Assembly (NCBI RefSeq): GCF_000143415.4
Contig: NW_003314659.1
Span: 1 to 7,669 of the forward strand
Reading direction: 5' to 3'
Source: Selaginella moellendorffii
Taxonomy: Eukaryota > Plantae > Lycopodiophyta
Length of the DNA stretch: 7,669 nt
A program made the translations under genes and the position numbers. How positions within the stretch are numbered: the stretch's first letter is position 1; each line of letters begins with the position of its first letter. Below, piece by piece: positions 7,657-7,669 of the stretch. The notes below the pieces were generated by a model that was not told the origin of the DNA, ran no database searches, and saw only the letters and a list, made by a program, of their open reading frames with translations.

Positions 7657-7669
7657 CTTCTTTCTTTTT
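7623..7669 (+). repeat. Poly(T)/polypyrimidine tract
   Basis: 34 consecutive T (7623-7656), then CTTCTTTCTTTTT to the window end. Confidence 0.98.

Noticed and set aside
7612-7669. Hepacivirus-like poly(U/UC) tract
   Set aside because: There is no upstream polyprotein or recognisable 3' UTR; the resemblance is only low-complexity.

Overview
Positions 1-7554 are a head-to-tail tandem array of a GC-rich (about 60% by eye), almost perfectly homogenised unit. There are six full units and a truncated seventh, in two size classes: L = 1249 bp with an internal 150-bp duplication, and S = 1099 bp with one chimeric copy. The order is L-L-S'-L-S-L-L(truncated). The array stops abruptly at about 7554, followed by 68 bp of unique hairpin-forming sequence and a T34/pyrimidine tract running to the window end. 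I recognise no protein-coding gene, rRNA, tRNA, CRISPR array or named transposon, and the ORF track is the same overlapping ORFs repeated per unit. Each unit has two parts. About 900 bp is a TpA desert (2 TpA) holding the hairpin-rich 150-bp subrepeat with a Pol III B-box-like motif. About 350 bp is a TpA-rich module with a long G:U hairpin, a G5AG5-TTT motif resembling mitochondrial CSB II, and iterated G-rich motifs. Best description: a macrosatellite-like array of unknown, probably eukaryotic or organellar, origin. The speculative lead is that the unit is an amplified control-region or replication-origin module.
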